Assembly (NCBI GenBank): GCA_964016885.1
Contig: OZ024751.1
Span: forward strand, 26,784,001 to 26,848,000
Source: Eledone cirrhosa
Lineage: Eukaryota
Direction: 5' to 3'
Length of the DNA: 64,000 nucleotides
Shown one piece after another: positions 27,385-42,824 of the stretch; within the stretch, counting starts at the first letter, position 1, and each line of letters begins with the position of its first letter. The translations under genes were made by a program, and so were the position numbers. Under the pieces are notes generated by a model. That model made no database searches. It saw nothing but the letters and a program-made list of their open reading frames with translations, and was not told the origin of the DNA.

Positions 27385-29285
27385 AGCGACTGGCTGAGGG
27401 CTTAGCTTATTTAGCTCACGATTGTAAGGCTTCCAGTTTGATTCCTGGCGGTGCCTTGTATCCTTGAACAGGTCTCTTTACTTCAGAGTGTTCCAGCCTT
27501 GAACACGTCTCTTTACTTCAGAGTGTTCCAGCCTTGAACACGTCTCTTTACTTCAGAGTGTTCCAGCCTTGAACAGGTCTCTTTACTTCAGAATGTTCCA
27601 GCCTTGAACAGGTCTCTTTACTTGAGGGTGTTCCAGCCTTGAACACGTCTCTTTACTTCAGAGTGTTCCAGCCTTGAACAGGTCTCTTTACTTCAGAATG
27701 TTCCAGCCTTGAACAGGTCTCTTTACTTGAGGGTGTTCCAGCCTTGAACACGTCTCTTTACTTCAGAGTGTTCCAGCCTTGAACACGTCTCTTTACTTCA
27801 GAGTGTTCCAGCCTTGAACAGGTCTCTTTACTTCAGAGTGTTCCAGCCTTGAACAGGTCTCTTTACTTCAGAATGTTCCAGCCTTGAACAGGTCTCTTTA
27901 CTTCAGAGTGTTCCAGCCTTGAACAGGTCTCTTTACTTCAGAATGTTCCAGCCTTGAACAGGTCTCTTTACTTCAGAGTGTTCCAGCCTTGAACACGTCT
28001 CTTTACTTCAGAATGTTCCAGCCTTGAACAGGTCTCTTTACTTGAGGGTGTTCCAGCCTTGAACACGTCTCTTTACTTCAGAGTGTTCCAGCCTTGAACA
28101 CGTCTCTTTACTTCAGAGTGTTCCAGCCTTGAACAGGTCTCTTTACTTCAGAATGTTCCAGCCTTGAACAGGTCTCTTTACTTCAGAGTGTTCCAGCCTT
28201 GAACAGGTCTCTTTACTTCAGAATGTTCCAGCCTTGAACAGGTCTCTTTAATTCAGAGTGTTCCAGCCTTGAACACGTCTCTTTACTTCAGAATGTTCCA
28301 GCCTTGAACAGGTCTCTTTACTTCAGAGTGTTCCAGCCTTGAACAGGTCTCTTTACTTCAGAATGTTCCAGCCTTGAACAGGTCTCTTTACTTCAGAGTG
28401 TTCCAGCCTTGAACAGGTCTCTTTACTTCAGAATGTTCCAGCCTTGAACACGTCTCTTTACTTCAGAATGTTCCAGCCTTGAACAGGTCTCTTTACTTCA
28501 GAGTGTTCCAGCCTTGAACAGGTCTCTTTACTTCAGAGTGTTCCAGCCTTGAACAGGTCTCTTTACTTCAGAGTGTTCCAGCCTTGAACACGTCTCTTTA
28601 CTTCAGAGTGTTCCAGCCTTGAACACGTCTCTCTACTTGAGGGTGTTCCAGCCTTGAACAGGTCTCTTTACTTCAGAGTGTTCCAGCCTTGAACAGGTCT
28701 CTTTACTTCAGAGTGTTCCAGCCTTGAACAGGTCTCTTTACTTCAGAGTGTTCCAGCCTTGAACAGGTCTCTTTACTTCAGAGTGTTCCAGCCTTGAACA
28801 CGTCTCTTTACTTCAGAGTGTTCCAGCCTTGAACACGTCTCTTTACTTCAGGGTGTTCCAGCCTTGAACACGTCTCTTTACTTCAGAGTGTTCCAGCCTT
28901 GAACACGTCTCTTTACTTCAGGGTGTTCCAGCCTTGAACACGTCTCTTTACTTCAGAGTGTTCCAGCCTTGAACACGTCTCTTTACTTCAGAGTGTTCCA
29001 GCCTTGAATAAGACACTTTATTTCAGGGTGTTCCAGCCTTGAATAAGACACTTTATTTCAGTGTGTTCCAGTTTACGCAGATGGGGGAAGAAACTGAATT
29101 AAATGAAAGGACCAACGTTGTCATACAATATGTCACGGGGAATCTCCATGAAAACTACGTTATGGGTACACGTTTCTGTGGAATGCTCAGTCACTTACTT
29201 GTACATTAATATCATGAGCAGGTTGTTCCGTTGTTCAAACAACTGAAACAATCATCTTCGACACGGACGAAGGTCCGGTAACAAC
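27385..29285 (+). mobile_element. CORE-type tRNA SINE with an internal 33-bp tandem array (about 48 copies, 27463-29070)
   Basis: SINE head at 27385-27460; unit ccttgaacaggtctctttacttcagagtgttccag-like derives from the CORE segment ccttgagcaagacactttatttcac; 3' part matches 36745-36980. Confidence 0.85.
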
Positions 29286-29393
29286 AAAATATTGTAGGAT
29301 GGGTGCCATATTTGTTTTATCATATATTTTTCAACATTCTATATTGAAGACATTGTTGATTATTAAAAGAACAAAAAAGAGATGTAATAATCT

Positions 29394-29430
29394 CTGACGA
29401 GGAGACAAAATCTCAGAAATGCTTAAAGTC
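29394..29430 (+). ncRNA. Degenerate hammerhead-like motif
   Basis: CTGACGA-GGAGA-caaaa-TCTCa-GAAAt-gcttaaa-GTC. Confidence 0.5.
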
Positions 29431-29696
29431 AATCTATTATATTTCTCATAGGACAGAGAAATAGTTGAAAAAAATACAATAATTTTAAAATCAGTTTTTG
29501 GCTAATTTTATGGAGAAAATCTCAATAATCTGTTGACAAATCGATTGGAATGGAGTTCCGTCAGTTGCAGCGATTAGCGTTCAGGTGTATGATTAACGGA
29601 ACAATTGGTTCATAACATCAACTGAGCATTTCACAGACTTGTGTACACTTAATATAGTTCTCTGTACCAACACCACCGCCGCCACCACCACCAAAG

Positions 29697-29751
<55 letters not shown>

Positions 29752-29830
29752 TTTTCTATCTATCTATCTAATTATCTATCTATCTATCTATCTCCCCTCT
29801 CTATACAGGCCACTCTCTCCCCAAAATCTC

Positions 29831-29866
<36 letters not shown>

Positions 29867-30205
29867 CCACTCTCTCTCTATCTATCTATCTATCCCCCTC
29901 TCTATACAGGCCACTCTCTCCCCAAAATCTCTAAATCCCCCCCTCTCTCTCTCTCTATCTCTCTATCTATCTATCCCCCTCTCTATACAGGCCACTCTCT
30001 CCCCAAAACCTCTGCCTATCCATTCCTTCAATTTAACTGCTGAGTAACGAACAACGAGAAAAAAATTACTGAAACCCGAAACAAAATAAAAAAATATAAA
30101 CAATGAGATAAAAACTAAACAATAACAACAACAAAAACAAAAAAGTCCCGACCCAAGGAGGAAAATTCTCGTAAGTGAAGAAACAATGAAAAAAATTATA
30201 TATGT

Positions 30206-30279
<74 letters not shown>

Positions 30280-30303
30280 ATATATATATATATACACACA
30301 CAC

Positions 30304-30356
<53 letters not shown>

Positions 30357-30357
30357 A

Positions 30358-30409
<52 letters not shown>

Positions 30410-30570
30410 TGAACCTAATATAACTGTAAAAATTGGCTCCTGTGTTTTGTTTATTTCATTTTTAACCATATAAATATGTATATATATGTATGTACATATA
30501 TATGTAGGTTCATATATATATATATATATATATATATGCATACACACACATATATATATATATGTGTGTG

Positions 30571-30636
<66 letters not shown>

Positions 30637-30781
30637 CACATACATATATATATATATATGTACATATATATATATACACACACACACATTTATATATATA
30701 CACACACACATACATACATATATACAGATATATATGCACATATACACACACACACATATATATATATATACATTAATATAT

Positions 30782-30812
<31 letters not shown>

Positions 30813-31154
30813 CATATACATATATACATACGTATATATACAACAAACCAACAAAACAACTCAGTCATAGATGGCAGACTGAGACTGATAACGTTGATTC
30901 TACATATTGCTGTAATTTCTCCCTTCACTAGTTGTTGTTAATGGTGGTGGTGGTGGTTGTGGTGGTGTGTGTGTGTGTGTGTCGGGGGGGGGGGGGGGGG
31001 GGGGGGGGGTGATAGTGGTGGTTGTGGTGGTGATGATAGTGGTGGTGGTTGTGTGTGTGGGGATGATAGTGGTGGTGGTTGTGCTGGTTGTGGTTGTGGT
31101 GGTGTTGTTGGTGTTGTTGTTTCCATCTTCAGCAGCTTTCTCACACTATATTTT

Positions 31155-31216
<62 letters not shown>

Positions 31217-31324
31217 ATGTGTGTGTGTGTGTGTGTTTATACATATATATATATGTATATATATATATTTATATATATATATACATATATATATATATAC
31301 ATATATTCTTATATACATATATAC

Positions 31325-31407
<83 letters not shown>

Positions 31408-31490
31408 TACATATATATATATACATACATATATATATATACATATATAGATATATACATATATATATATATATATGTATAAATACATAT

Positions 31491-31592
<102 letters not shown>

Positions 31593-31593
31593 G

Positions 31594-31660
<67 letters not shown>

Positions 31661-32017
31661 ATAAGAATATATGTATATATATATATGTATATATATATAT
31701 AAATATATATATATACATATATATATATGTATAAACACATATATGTATGTATACATGTACTGTATATATGTATCTCTCTCTCTCTCTCGTTCTCTTCCCC
31801 TCTCTCTCTATTTATATATATATATTTATATATGAATATCTATATATATATATTTATGTATAAATATGTATGTATATATGCATATGGATTGCATATATAC
31901 TAACATAGTGTATTCATACATATATACATACATATATACATACATATATACATACACATATACATACATATATACATACATATATACATACATATATACA
32001 TACATATATACATACAT

Positions 32018-32660
32018 GTCAGGTCACCAGTTGGTGCTACTGGTAACATGTATCCCAGTACAACCTGTCTCATGGTCGGGTCGTTGGCGACTAAACTGGC
32101 AACCCCACCAAGGTTTCTTGGTGAGGAGGGTGACTTTGGACATCCTGCAGGACTAAAAACAAAACCTGTCAAAGGGCAAAGGAGCTCTTAAGAGTCAATG
32201 GCCATCCAAAATCACCGGGAGAGATGACCCCTTTAGCCTTAGTCAAGGCAGAATTCTAGGAGAAGGAAAACTCTGATATAACACCTGCAACCCTGATGGT
32301 ATCCAATGATGTTGACTTGTTCTTCTTTTTGGTAAATAGCATCTTGGTTAAGAGAGTGGGACTGGCTTTGTGCAGTGCCTTTGCTCACTATAAAAGCTTC
32401 ACGGCACAGGCATTGCTTTATATCTGGAGATCTCTCTGCACTTGTCCTCACATGGGCCCAGCACTATGTGTCAATGATTGTCCTACCATGGGCCTAGCAC
32501 TATGTGTCAATGATTGTCACAGGTGTTGTGTTTGTACCAGAGGTTTCAAGTCGCTGGCTGGACTAAAAAGTCACACTCGTTCAGCGCTTCGGTAGGGGTT
32601 ATCCTACATGGATGTAAAGTAGTGGCCGTACTCGAAAACGAGTTGGCAGCCACCATATAC
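32018..32660 (+). mobile_element. Bipartite non-autonomous RTE derivative (5'UTR-like part fused to zinc-finger 3' end, (CATA)n tail)
   Basis: ggcaaccccacc..., aggagaaggaaaactctgat motifs, then [22 protein letters not shown]; related inverted copy at 34025-34420. Confidence 0.65.
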
Positions 32661-32961
32661 ATACATATATACATATATATATACATACATATATACATAC
32701 ATATATACATATATACATACATATATACATACATATATACATACATATATACATACATATATACATACATATATACATACATATATACATATATATATAT
32801 ACACACGAGTGTGTACGTCTGTGATGTTATTTATGTTAAGTCCATTTTATTGATCCTTATTTGTCGAACAGCTAAGTCCATTTGTCCATAACTGTTCGAC
32901 AAATAAGGATCAATAAAATAAGTCCTTGACTCACACACAGTTATAATAGACACAATTACAT

Positions 32962-33012
<51 letters not shown>

Positions 33013-33335
33013 ATGTATATAGCATCTCCGATCTCTGCTGTTCAGCTCACTGACACAGATGAATGTTAAAGACTATAAGAGACGTAGTTTGGTAACTGTT
33101 AGTGTTGTTTCCACTACAGGAGTCATAAGCCCAATGATGATTCAACACATCTAATATTACTTGACTTTCATTGATTTATAGCGTCTTAGTCCAGATTATA
33201 TCCTTATGCCGGCTTAAATGGAGGAGCAGACGATACTTCATCAAATCCAGGACGCCATTATTTCGCTCTTTATCGTCTCTTGTTGATCTTTCCCTTGTGG
33301 ATAATAATAGTAATGTAGAGGGAGTAAAGCAGAGC

Positions 33336-33368
<33 letters not shown>

Positions 33369-33385
33369 CGAGAGAGAGAGAGAGC

Positions 33386-33421
<36 letters not shown>

Positions 33422-33672
33422 TGGGAGAGATAAAGTGAAAGAGAGATAGGGAGAGAGAGAGTGAGAGAAAAACAGATATATAAACAGATAGAGAGTGAAA
33501 GAGAGACTGAGAGAGATAGAGATATCAACAGAGATAGAGCGAGATCTGATTGTTAGATAGGGATGGAGGGTAAATGAATTTGACTTAGAGAGAAGAAAAT
33601 AGGAGAGATGCAAAAAGAGGAAACGAGTGTATTTAGAAAGTATGGCTGTGTGATACACAAACACACACACAC

Positions 33673-33834
<162 letters not shown>

Positions 33835-34024
33835 GTATATATATATGTGTGTGTATGTGTGTGTGTGCGTCTGTGTGCGTGCGTATGTGTGTGTATGTAT
33901 GTGTATGTAAGTATGTATGTATGTATAATATGGAGAGAGAAAGCAAGAGACACAAAAAGAGTAAGGAGTCTGTGTTTCGGTGTGTGTATTCGTACATACA
34001 CATACAGGTGCATACATACATACA

Positions 34025-34420
34025 CACAGATGGCTGCAACTCGATTTCGAGTAATTCCATCACTTGATACTTACGCATGAGCATCACAGATGTGACATTT
34101 TAATCCTGCTAGGGACTTGCCTGTGGCCAGCAATACCATTCATCGTAAAAAATGTCACATATCAAGCGATGCCTGTGTTTGAAGATTTTTTAAGTGAGGA
34201 AGGGCTTTGCACGGGGCCAGTCCCACTTTCTGAACATTGAATGTATTTACCCCAAAAAGAAGAACTGGTCTACATCATTGGATGTAAATGAAGTCGTAGG
34301 TTTTATATCAGAGTGACCTTCCCATAGAGAGATGTCTTAAGGAAGACTAGGAGTCTCTCACTCCACAAAAAAGGTACTTTATTCGATGGCCGTTGACTTT
34401 CCTTAGTTCCTCCGGCAAAT
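34025..34420 (-). mobile_element. Older diverged copy of the bipartite RTE derivative
   Basis: Shares atccaatgatgt.gac..gttcttcttttt, gtgggactggc, gcaggattaaaa and ctcgaaa.cgagttg with 32018-32660. Confidence 0.6.
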
Positions 34421-34991
34421 TTGAAAGGGTCGTATGATTTCAAATAAGTTTGGGATATTCAAACAAAAGAATAAAGTAAAACATACACAATATTATTGTA
34501 AACTTTCATCAGACATTGCAATAAAAAGATTCGTCAAACATTGAAGTAGAAACTTTTAATCAGACATTGAAATAAACAAATTTCATTAAACATTGCAATA
34601 AACTTCATCAAATATTGAAGAAAATACACTTCACTAAACAATTTGTCAAACATTGAAGTAGACTCCATGAAATATTTCCTCAAACAGTTATTCCATCAAA
34701 CACTGAAATAAAACGTTACAATCAACACACTTCATTAAACAATGAAGTTAACTTCATCAGACACTCTAACTTCCTGTCACGTGTTTCAAATTAAAAATCT
34801 AACAATCTCAACTCCTTTTTTTCTGCCTCCCTTCCTTACACTTTAGCAGATTTCAGGGACTTGTTACGCAATGTTTCTGTTTGTATATAGACATAAACAT
34901 ACATACACACATATAGTATACATGCATACATACCTACACATACATAGATACATAGATACATATATACACACACATATATATATACATACAC

Positions 34992-35189
<198 letters not shown>

Positions 35190-35968
35190 GTATATATATA
35201 TATATCGTAGATCGTGGGTATGTGTGAGTGTGAGTGTTGTATATATACAATCTGTCTGAAAAGATACTTAGACATGTCTCAAACCTTATCTACAGCAGCA
35301 TATTTGGAGACAAAGGACCACACCTATACACATATGGGGACACACGCACACACATATGTACACACACACACACATATACATATATATATATATATATACA
35401 CACACACATTCACACACACACATATATATATATATAGATAGATATGTGTATAGATATATATACATACATATAAATATAGCTGCAGTAGAAGAATGTATTT
35501 ATACATGCACACACACACACACACATACACATACACACACACATACACATATATATATATATATATATACAGAGATACACACTGCAATCAAACAAACCTT
35601 GTCAAGTCTGACGTCATCATACAGAAGTCGTTTTTTTGTCTAATCTCTCTATTTTGTCTTCAAGTTTTCAAGATTCACACTAGAAAATAATGTTATCTCT
35701 TGAAGACTTTGGTAATATTCTAGCAGATGATTGAGAAACACAACATATGTCCTAGCAGAGAATTCCTCGTCGAGTTACATTAAACTTTAGATTCTATTTT
35801 CTCTATTTTCTCTAATTGTCTTTTTGTTTGTTTCAAGTGTGAAACGAGGAAAATATGTTCTGAAATAGATTGTTAGGTTAATAAGAAATGGTTGTTCTTC
35901 TTGATCTTCTTGATATCTTTGGTTGTGAAGGTGTCTTGCTGAGTGGCTGTGGAGTTCGGTTCGAGTTG

Positions 35969-36742
35969 TCTTCTTCTTCTTCTTCTTCTTCTTCTTCTTC
36001 TTCTTCTTCTTCTTCTTCTTCTTCTTCTTCTTCTTCTTCTTCTTCTTCTTCTCCTCCTCCTCCTCCTTCTTCTTCTTCTTCTTCTTCTTCTTCTTCTTCT
36101 TCTTCTTCTTCTTCTTCTTCTTCTTCTTCTTCTTCTTCTTCTTCTTCTTCTTCTTCTTCTCTCCTCCTCCTCCCCCCTCCTCCTCCTCCTCCTTCTTCTT
36201 CTTCTTCTTCTTCTTCTTCTTCTTCTCCTCCTCCTCCTCCTTCTTCTTCTTCTTCTTCTTCTTCTTCTTCTTCTTCTTCTTCTTCTTCTTCTTCTTCTTC
36301 TTCTTCTTCTTCTTCTTCTTCTTCTTCTTCTTCTCCTCCTCCTCCTCCTCCTCCTCCTCCTCTTCTTCTTCTTCTTCTTCTTCTTCTTCTCTTCTTCTTC
36401 TTCTTCTTCTTCTTCTTCTTCTTCTTCTTCTTCTTCTTCGCCGCCGCCGCCGCCCACCTATTCCTGAGAGTGTCGTGGAGGCCAGAGCCCTTAAACACTC
36501 CTTCCAGCGGCTCCTGTCAGAAGCAACTGTCTCCAACTGATCCAGCTGGGTCCCCAAGTGAGACCAGCCAAGCTCATTGATGTTATCCAACTCTCTACCC
36601 CTGGGTCTACCCCTGGGTCTACCCCTGGGTCTACCCCTGGTCTACCCCTGGGTCTACCCCTGGGTCTACCCCTGGGTCTCCTGTCGGTTGGTTTTGACCG
36701 TAAAATCTGTCCAGTGATTCTTTCCTGAGAGATTCTAACCAC
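35969..36742 (-). mobile_element. RTE 3' end (36455-36742) with 12-bp internal amplification and about 490-bp expanded (GAA/GGA)n tail
   Basis: Same family as 18600; ctacccctgggt x7 at 36596-36678. Confidence 0.9.
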
Positions 36743-36744
36743 AA

Positions 36745-36980
36745 TCGTGGGTGTCCTTAAGCAAGATACTTTAATTCAAATTGCTTCAGTGTATTCAATT
36801 AGTAATTGTGTGTAATTGAATGGGCCAGCCTTGTTACTGACTGTGTCACATTGATAACTACAATAACGGTACACGTGTCTGTGGAACTATCAGCCACTTA
36901 CACGTTATTTCATGAGCAGGCTGTTTCATTAATCAAACAACAAGAACATTCATCGTCGACACCGACGGAGGCCTACCATT
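36745..36980 (+). mobile_element. CORE-type SINE, headless
   Basis: gtgtccttaagcaagatactttaattc...gtacacgtgtctgtgga...catgagcaggctgtt. Confidence 0.7.
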
Positions 36981-37142
36981 AATTTTATCGTTCGTTGATA
37001 CTGCTGCCAGTGTTATTGTAGTTGTTGTTTAGCCCCATTCCCCGGGGGTTTATAATATATCTACATGGCTCTCATGATAAGAAGGGCAAATATGACGAAA
37101 TCTCTTGTTTACAGGAGTTAATTAGTAATATTTTACTATCTT

Positions 37143-37377
37143 CTCATCTCATCTGTCCTGTAGTCTGGTGGACCGTTGGGGTGCCACAGATGACCTGGTA
37201 ACCACCTCCTTCCATTCTACTCATCTCTCTGCCTTCCTCATGGTTGTACCCAGCCTCATGCCTGTCCATTCCGGGATGTTGTCCTCCCATCTTTCTCTAT
37301 CTGCCTCTCTTCCTCCCTCCTTGTACTGTTCCCTGGAGGACAGTCTTGGAAAGCCCTGAAGATCTTGTCACGTGACA
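37143..37377 (-). mobile_element. RTE/BovB-like LINE 3' end
   Basis: HVTRSSGLSKTVLQGTVQGGRKRGR..RWEDNIPEWTG...SSVAPQRSTRLQDR*; gatgagatgag tail. Confidence 0.85.
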
Positions 37378-37431
37378 TAGTTTTGGGATGGGGAAGGGCT
37401 TAAGTATATAAACTGTATATGTGTATTATTA

Positions 37432-37615
37432 TTGGCAGTATCGGTAGAGGGTCGGACGCCATGCTTTCCAGCATAGTTACGTCCCTTTACGATCTGAGTT
37501 CAAATCCCGCCGAGGTTGACTTTGCCTTTCATCCTTACGGGGTCGATAAAATAAAGTACCAGTAATGCACTGGGTAATTGCTGGCCTTGTGCCTAAAGTA
37601 GAAACAATTATTATT
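37432..37615 (+). mobile_element. tRNA-derived SINE in (ATT)n
   Basis: Main family; further copies at 39758-39945, 41099-41280, 44790-44950, 48611-48800, 62404-62555(-), 63900-64000(-). Confidence 0.95.
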
Positions 37616-37949
37616 ATTATTATTAACTCACGCTTTTTTATCACCAATTCGAGACTAAAAGAAATAAAAACATGAACATACTAACATATTTAGAGTCAAT
37701 AGAAAATCAGTGGTAATTCCAAAGCACAAATATATTGAAACAAATTATTGAAAGGGGTTAAAGCTCCAAAAGCTCCTTAGCGTAGGGTGGCTTGATTTTT
37801 AAGCTAATGTTTAAAGAGTTAATTAATATAGGTTCTTATATAGAATTATGAGAGAAGGATTTTAAAACAGTTTTATATCGTAGAGCTGAGGGTTGTTTCA
37901 GACTGTTTGGCATTAAAAGGGTTAATAAGAACCGGAGGTTTTGTGGTTA

Positions 37950-38310
37950 CCTCTCACCCCTTTACAATTGAAGTTCCTAAATGTAATCATAAATTCCCTT
38001 CTGATAGCTTCTTCCCTCTCACATCTCACCTATATAACTCTCTCCCAGTTTCTTCCCTCTCACATCTCACCTATATAACTCTCTCCCAGTTTCTTCCCTC
38101 TCACATCTCACCCATGTAACTCTCTCCCAGTTTCTTCCCTCTCACATCTCACCTATGTAACTCTCTTCCAGCTTCTTGCCTTCCTGACCACTACAATGTA
38201 AAATTTCAAAAGCAGCAGCAATTGTCATCTCTCTCCTTCAACTGTATACTCCCTGTCTTGCCCTCCTCCCTTCTCAGTAACCCCTTACATTTTAGTGGCT
38301 CACCAAATAT
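37950..38310 (+). mobile_element. CR1/Jockey-group LINE 3' end with 37-bp internal tandem x4
   Basis: SHPFTIEVPKC...SDSFFPLTSHLYNSLP; agtaaccccttac..tagtgg terminal motif. Confidence 0.65.
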
Positions 38311-38733
38311 TGCTGTTGCTATTCTTTCTCCTATCACCTTCCATAGTTCTCTGTCACATGACATTTCACCATCTACCATCTATCACCACCACCACCACCA
38401 CCGCCACCTCCACTACCCCCCCCCCCACCATTACTATCACGACGACGACCACCACCACCACCACCACCACCACCACCAACACTCTGCTATTCTATGTCTC
38501 TCACTTTCTCCCCCTCTCTCTCTCCACCATACTATCTCTCCCCCTCTCATTCACCTCTCCATTTCTCTACGGAATGTCTTATTTGTCAGAATTATTTCTT
38601 TACGTTTAAATAAACACACAACAATACAACTAAGTATATTAGGTAACATTTGTTGAGACCAACACACGCACACACACACACACACCTACATACATACACA
38701 TATATACACATATATACATACATACATGCATAC

Positions 38734-38764
<31 letters not shown>

Positions 38765-38767
38765 CAT

Positions 38768-38819
<52 letters not shown>

Positions 38820-38858
38820 ATATATATATATATACATATACATACATATATATATATA

Positions 38859-38949
<91 letters not shown>

Positions 38950-38951
38950 AC

Positions 38952-39063
<112 letters not shown>

Positions 39064-39067
39064 ATAC

Positions 39068-39203
<136 letters not shown>

Positions 39204-39534
39204 GAAACATGTTCGACGTCTTATCGTACAGACAACAGCCAACTTTAACAACAACAATAACAATAACAATAACAACAACAACAATAACATTAACAACAAT
39301 AACAACATTAACAACAATAACAACATTAACAACAATAACAACATTAACAACAATAACAACACATTCCTATTAGTAAGGTCAGAATCTAGCAGAAACTTTA
39401 TTTCCACTGTTGTCATCCCAACTGAACCCCTCCATTGCTACACAACCCCTTTTTATTCTCCTTTCACTTTTTATCTCTTTTTGTTTTGTTGCAGTCTTTA
39501 TTTCTCTCGCCCCTCTCTCCCCCCCCCTCTCTTT

Positions 39535-39602
<68 letters not shown>

Positions 39603-39947
39603 CCCCGTCCCCGCCCCCTCTTTCTCACCTTCTCTCCCTCTCTCTGTAATCCCTGCATCCATATCTACCTATCTGTCTGCTGTGGACATACATAAGTATA
39701 CATATATATACATATATAGCATTCATACGTAGATACATTATTATAATTATATATATAAGGGCGGTGGATTGGCAGTATCGGTAGAGGGTCGGACGCCATG
39801 CTTTCCAGCATAGTTACGTCCCTTTACGATCTGAGTTCAAATCCCGCCGAGGTTGACTTTGCTTTTCATCCTTACGGGGTCGATAAAATAAAGTACCAGT
39901 AATGCACTGGATAATTGCTGGCCTTGTGCCTAACGTAGAAACAATGA

Positions 39948-39988
<41 letters not shown>

Positions 39989-40033
39989 TGAAATTTATAT
40001 ATATGTATATATATAAAGATTCCTGGTTAACTA

Positions 40034-40065
<32 letters not shown>

Positions 40066-40495
40066 ATAACTAAAAATTGATTAACATATAAATAAACATG
40101 AATAATCACAGGAGAATCGTTAGAATCTTAGAGCTTATTTTGCGGGTGATATGGCGCATATCTTTCTGGCATGACACCCATAATTTTGATTTAGATTAAA
40201 TTCATTTGATTTATCTTAATTTTGTGTATATATATATATATAGTTAACCAGGAATCTTTGAAAATCTTCCCACCGAAGTTAACAAAGAACTTACTAGATC
40301 TACTAAATTATAATATTATAAAATTAAATCAAATTGTTTAGAAGTGAAGTCATTCTTTTCCTTTAAATATACCTAACTGTACCAAGGATTTCACACATTT
40401 TACTTTATTTATATATATATATATGTGTGTGTTTGTGTGTGTGTGTGTGGGGGGGTTAGGTATGCATATATATGTGTGGGGGGGGGGGGTATGTA

Positions 40496-40537
<42 letters not shown>

Positions 40538-40715
40538 ATAATAATAAAAAGGACGATTTGTTATGTTTTCATTACGCATTTCGCATTTCGCATTTCGCTA
40601 TTGATCAGCTCAATACAGATCGAATCACGAGCTGATCAATAGTGAAACGTGTGTCACTACTCAATAAACGTAATGAAGACATAACAAATCATCCTTATTA
40701 TTATTATTATTATTA

Positions 40716-41068
40716 TAGAATGGTCCGAGTCAATGGGACCACTCTGAATATACGTCTGTAGTTTGAGAAATGGAAAAATTGAGAGAGGGCGCTTGCCCTG
40801 GTGGTCAGGGTGGTCGTGGGCTTTTGTGTGGTTTTCGCCACGAGTAACCCTCGGAGGTTCCCCCCCCCCCCTATTGGGGAATTTTTTATTGTTTCAATTT
40901 TCATTTTTATTGTTTATATATATATATGTTTCTATGTCCATTTTTTCTTTTCTTATATAAATAATAAAAAATATTTACACGCACAAAACCCACATCGTAC
41001 CGTCCTGTACCATCCTGTACCATCTGTAATGTTTTTCTTGATGTCAGCCCTTGTGGCCAATAAAGAAA

Positions 41069-41070
<2 letters not shown>
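40716..41070 (+). mobile_element. Tx1/L1-like LINE 3' end inserted in (ATT)n
   Basis: RMVRVNGTTLNIRL*; ends gcccttgtggccaataaagaaatc(att)n; homologous to 42965-43470. Confidence 0.7.
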
Positions 41071-41100
<30 letters not shown>

Positions 41101-41890
41101 GGCAGTATGGGTAGAGGGTCGGACACCCTACTTTGCAGCATAGAGTTAAGCCCCTTTCCGCTCTGAGTTCAAATGCAACCGAGGTAAACTTTACTTTTCA
41201 TCCTTACGGCTCGATAAAATAAAGTACCAGAAATTCATTGGGATAATTGCTGGCCTTGTGCCAAAAGTAGAAACAATTATTACACTCTGCTTAGTACTAC
41301 ACCTCTATATTCACTGGAAACATTACACCTCTACATTACACTTCTATATTCACTGGACATTTCAATCCCTAGATATATATCGCCAAGCCACGTGCTGTAG
41401 TCTGCGATAGATTGCTTCCTCATTTAGAGGCAGGGTGTAAAATTGCTAAGAACTACTGGATTCCTTATCCAGTGGTAACATCTAACACTCACTGTATAGA
41501 TCTATCTTATGACTTGGGCAAACCTGCTGATGAGTGTAACAGCCCGGTTACGTAATTACCTGCTGATATTACGTGACTTTCTGAACATTGAGGATGTAAT
41601 ATCTGCATTTGTGAAGTTATGTTGCACAGAAACGATATCGTCCAGGAGTTAAGATTTTTACCTTTCTCTCTACCAGAACACAGCCACCGTGTCTGCTATT
41701 AACTAAATGTGTGCACTCTGAACAGCTGATTGCAACTGCATTACTGTAATCTGGCAGACTCATTGAGTGACCTAGACGTCGGCGTCCTGACTCTTTTCCA
41801 ATTACCCACTCTACTACCCTAAGTATCGAGTACTCTGGTGCGTTATGGTCCATCTGGTTTCTTTCCACAATTCCTTTGTTATATATATTA

Positions 41891-41943
<53 letters not shown>

Positions 41944-41949
41944 GGGTAA

Positions 41950-42229
41950 ATACCCCCATCGGTCACGAATGACCATGGGACTTGGCCATTGTTTTTTGCA
42001 AGGTTGTTTGTGGAAGACCAACAGTCACCCATGTATACCACCCTCTTCTCCCCACGTCACCAATGTTGTCCAGTGATGTCTCAACTCATTTCTACAGCTG
42101 AGTAAACTGGAGTAACGTGAAATAAAGTGTCTTGCTCAAGGATACAACGTAAATATCGGTCTGAGAATGGAACTCACTACCTCACGATTGTAAGCCTGAG
42201 CCTCTAACCACTAAGCCATGCGCCTTCTC
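41950..42229 (-). mobile_element. CORE-type tRNA SINE
   Basis: tggcttagtggttaga A-box; gtatccttgagcaagacactttatttcacgttactccagtttactcagctgt CORE. Confidence 0.85.
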
Positions 42230-42230
42230 A

Positions 42231-42313
<83 letters not shown>

Positions 42314-42547
42314 CGGTGCCTTGGTATTAGTGTGGTAATGATGTGAGGATGAAATAGTGTGATGATGTGAGCGGTGGATTTTAATCTGAGTCGAGGTGAT
42401 GACACCTTGAAGACTTCAGATAACGAAGCTTAACGTAACTCAACAATTAGTTGACTAAGTTATTTTCAGCTAAAATGGTAGGGGAGGGGGAGAATCTGTA
42501 GTAGGAGGTAAATAGAGGCAGTTGGAGACGTGTGAAATAGATAGATT

Positions 42548-42614
<67 letters not shown>

Positions 42615-42773
42615 GTAAGAGAGTGAGATAGATAGATTGACAGAGAGAGGGAGGGGGGTAGTAAGAGAGTGAGATAGATAGATAGGCCTAGAGAAAGTGG
42701 GTGAGAGAGACTGAGATATAAAGATAGATAGATAGATAGACAGACAGTCAGACAGATATATAGATATATAGAG

Positions 42774-42822
<49 letters not shown>

Positions 42823-42824
42823 TG

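Noticed and set aside
27463-29070. 33-bp array as CRISPR
   Set aside because: Head-to-tail units without spacers; derived from the SINE CORE
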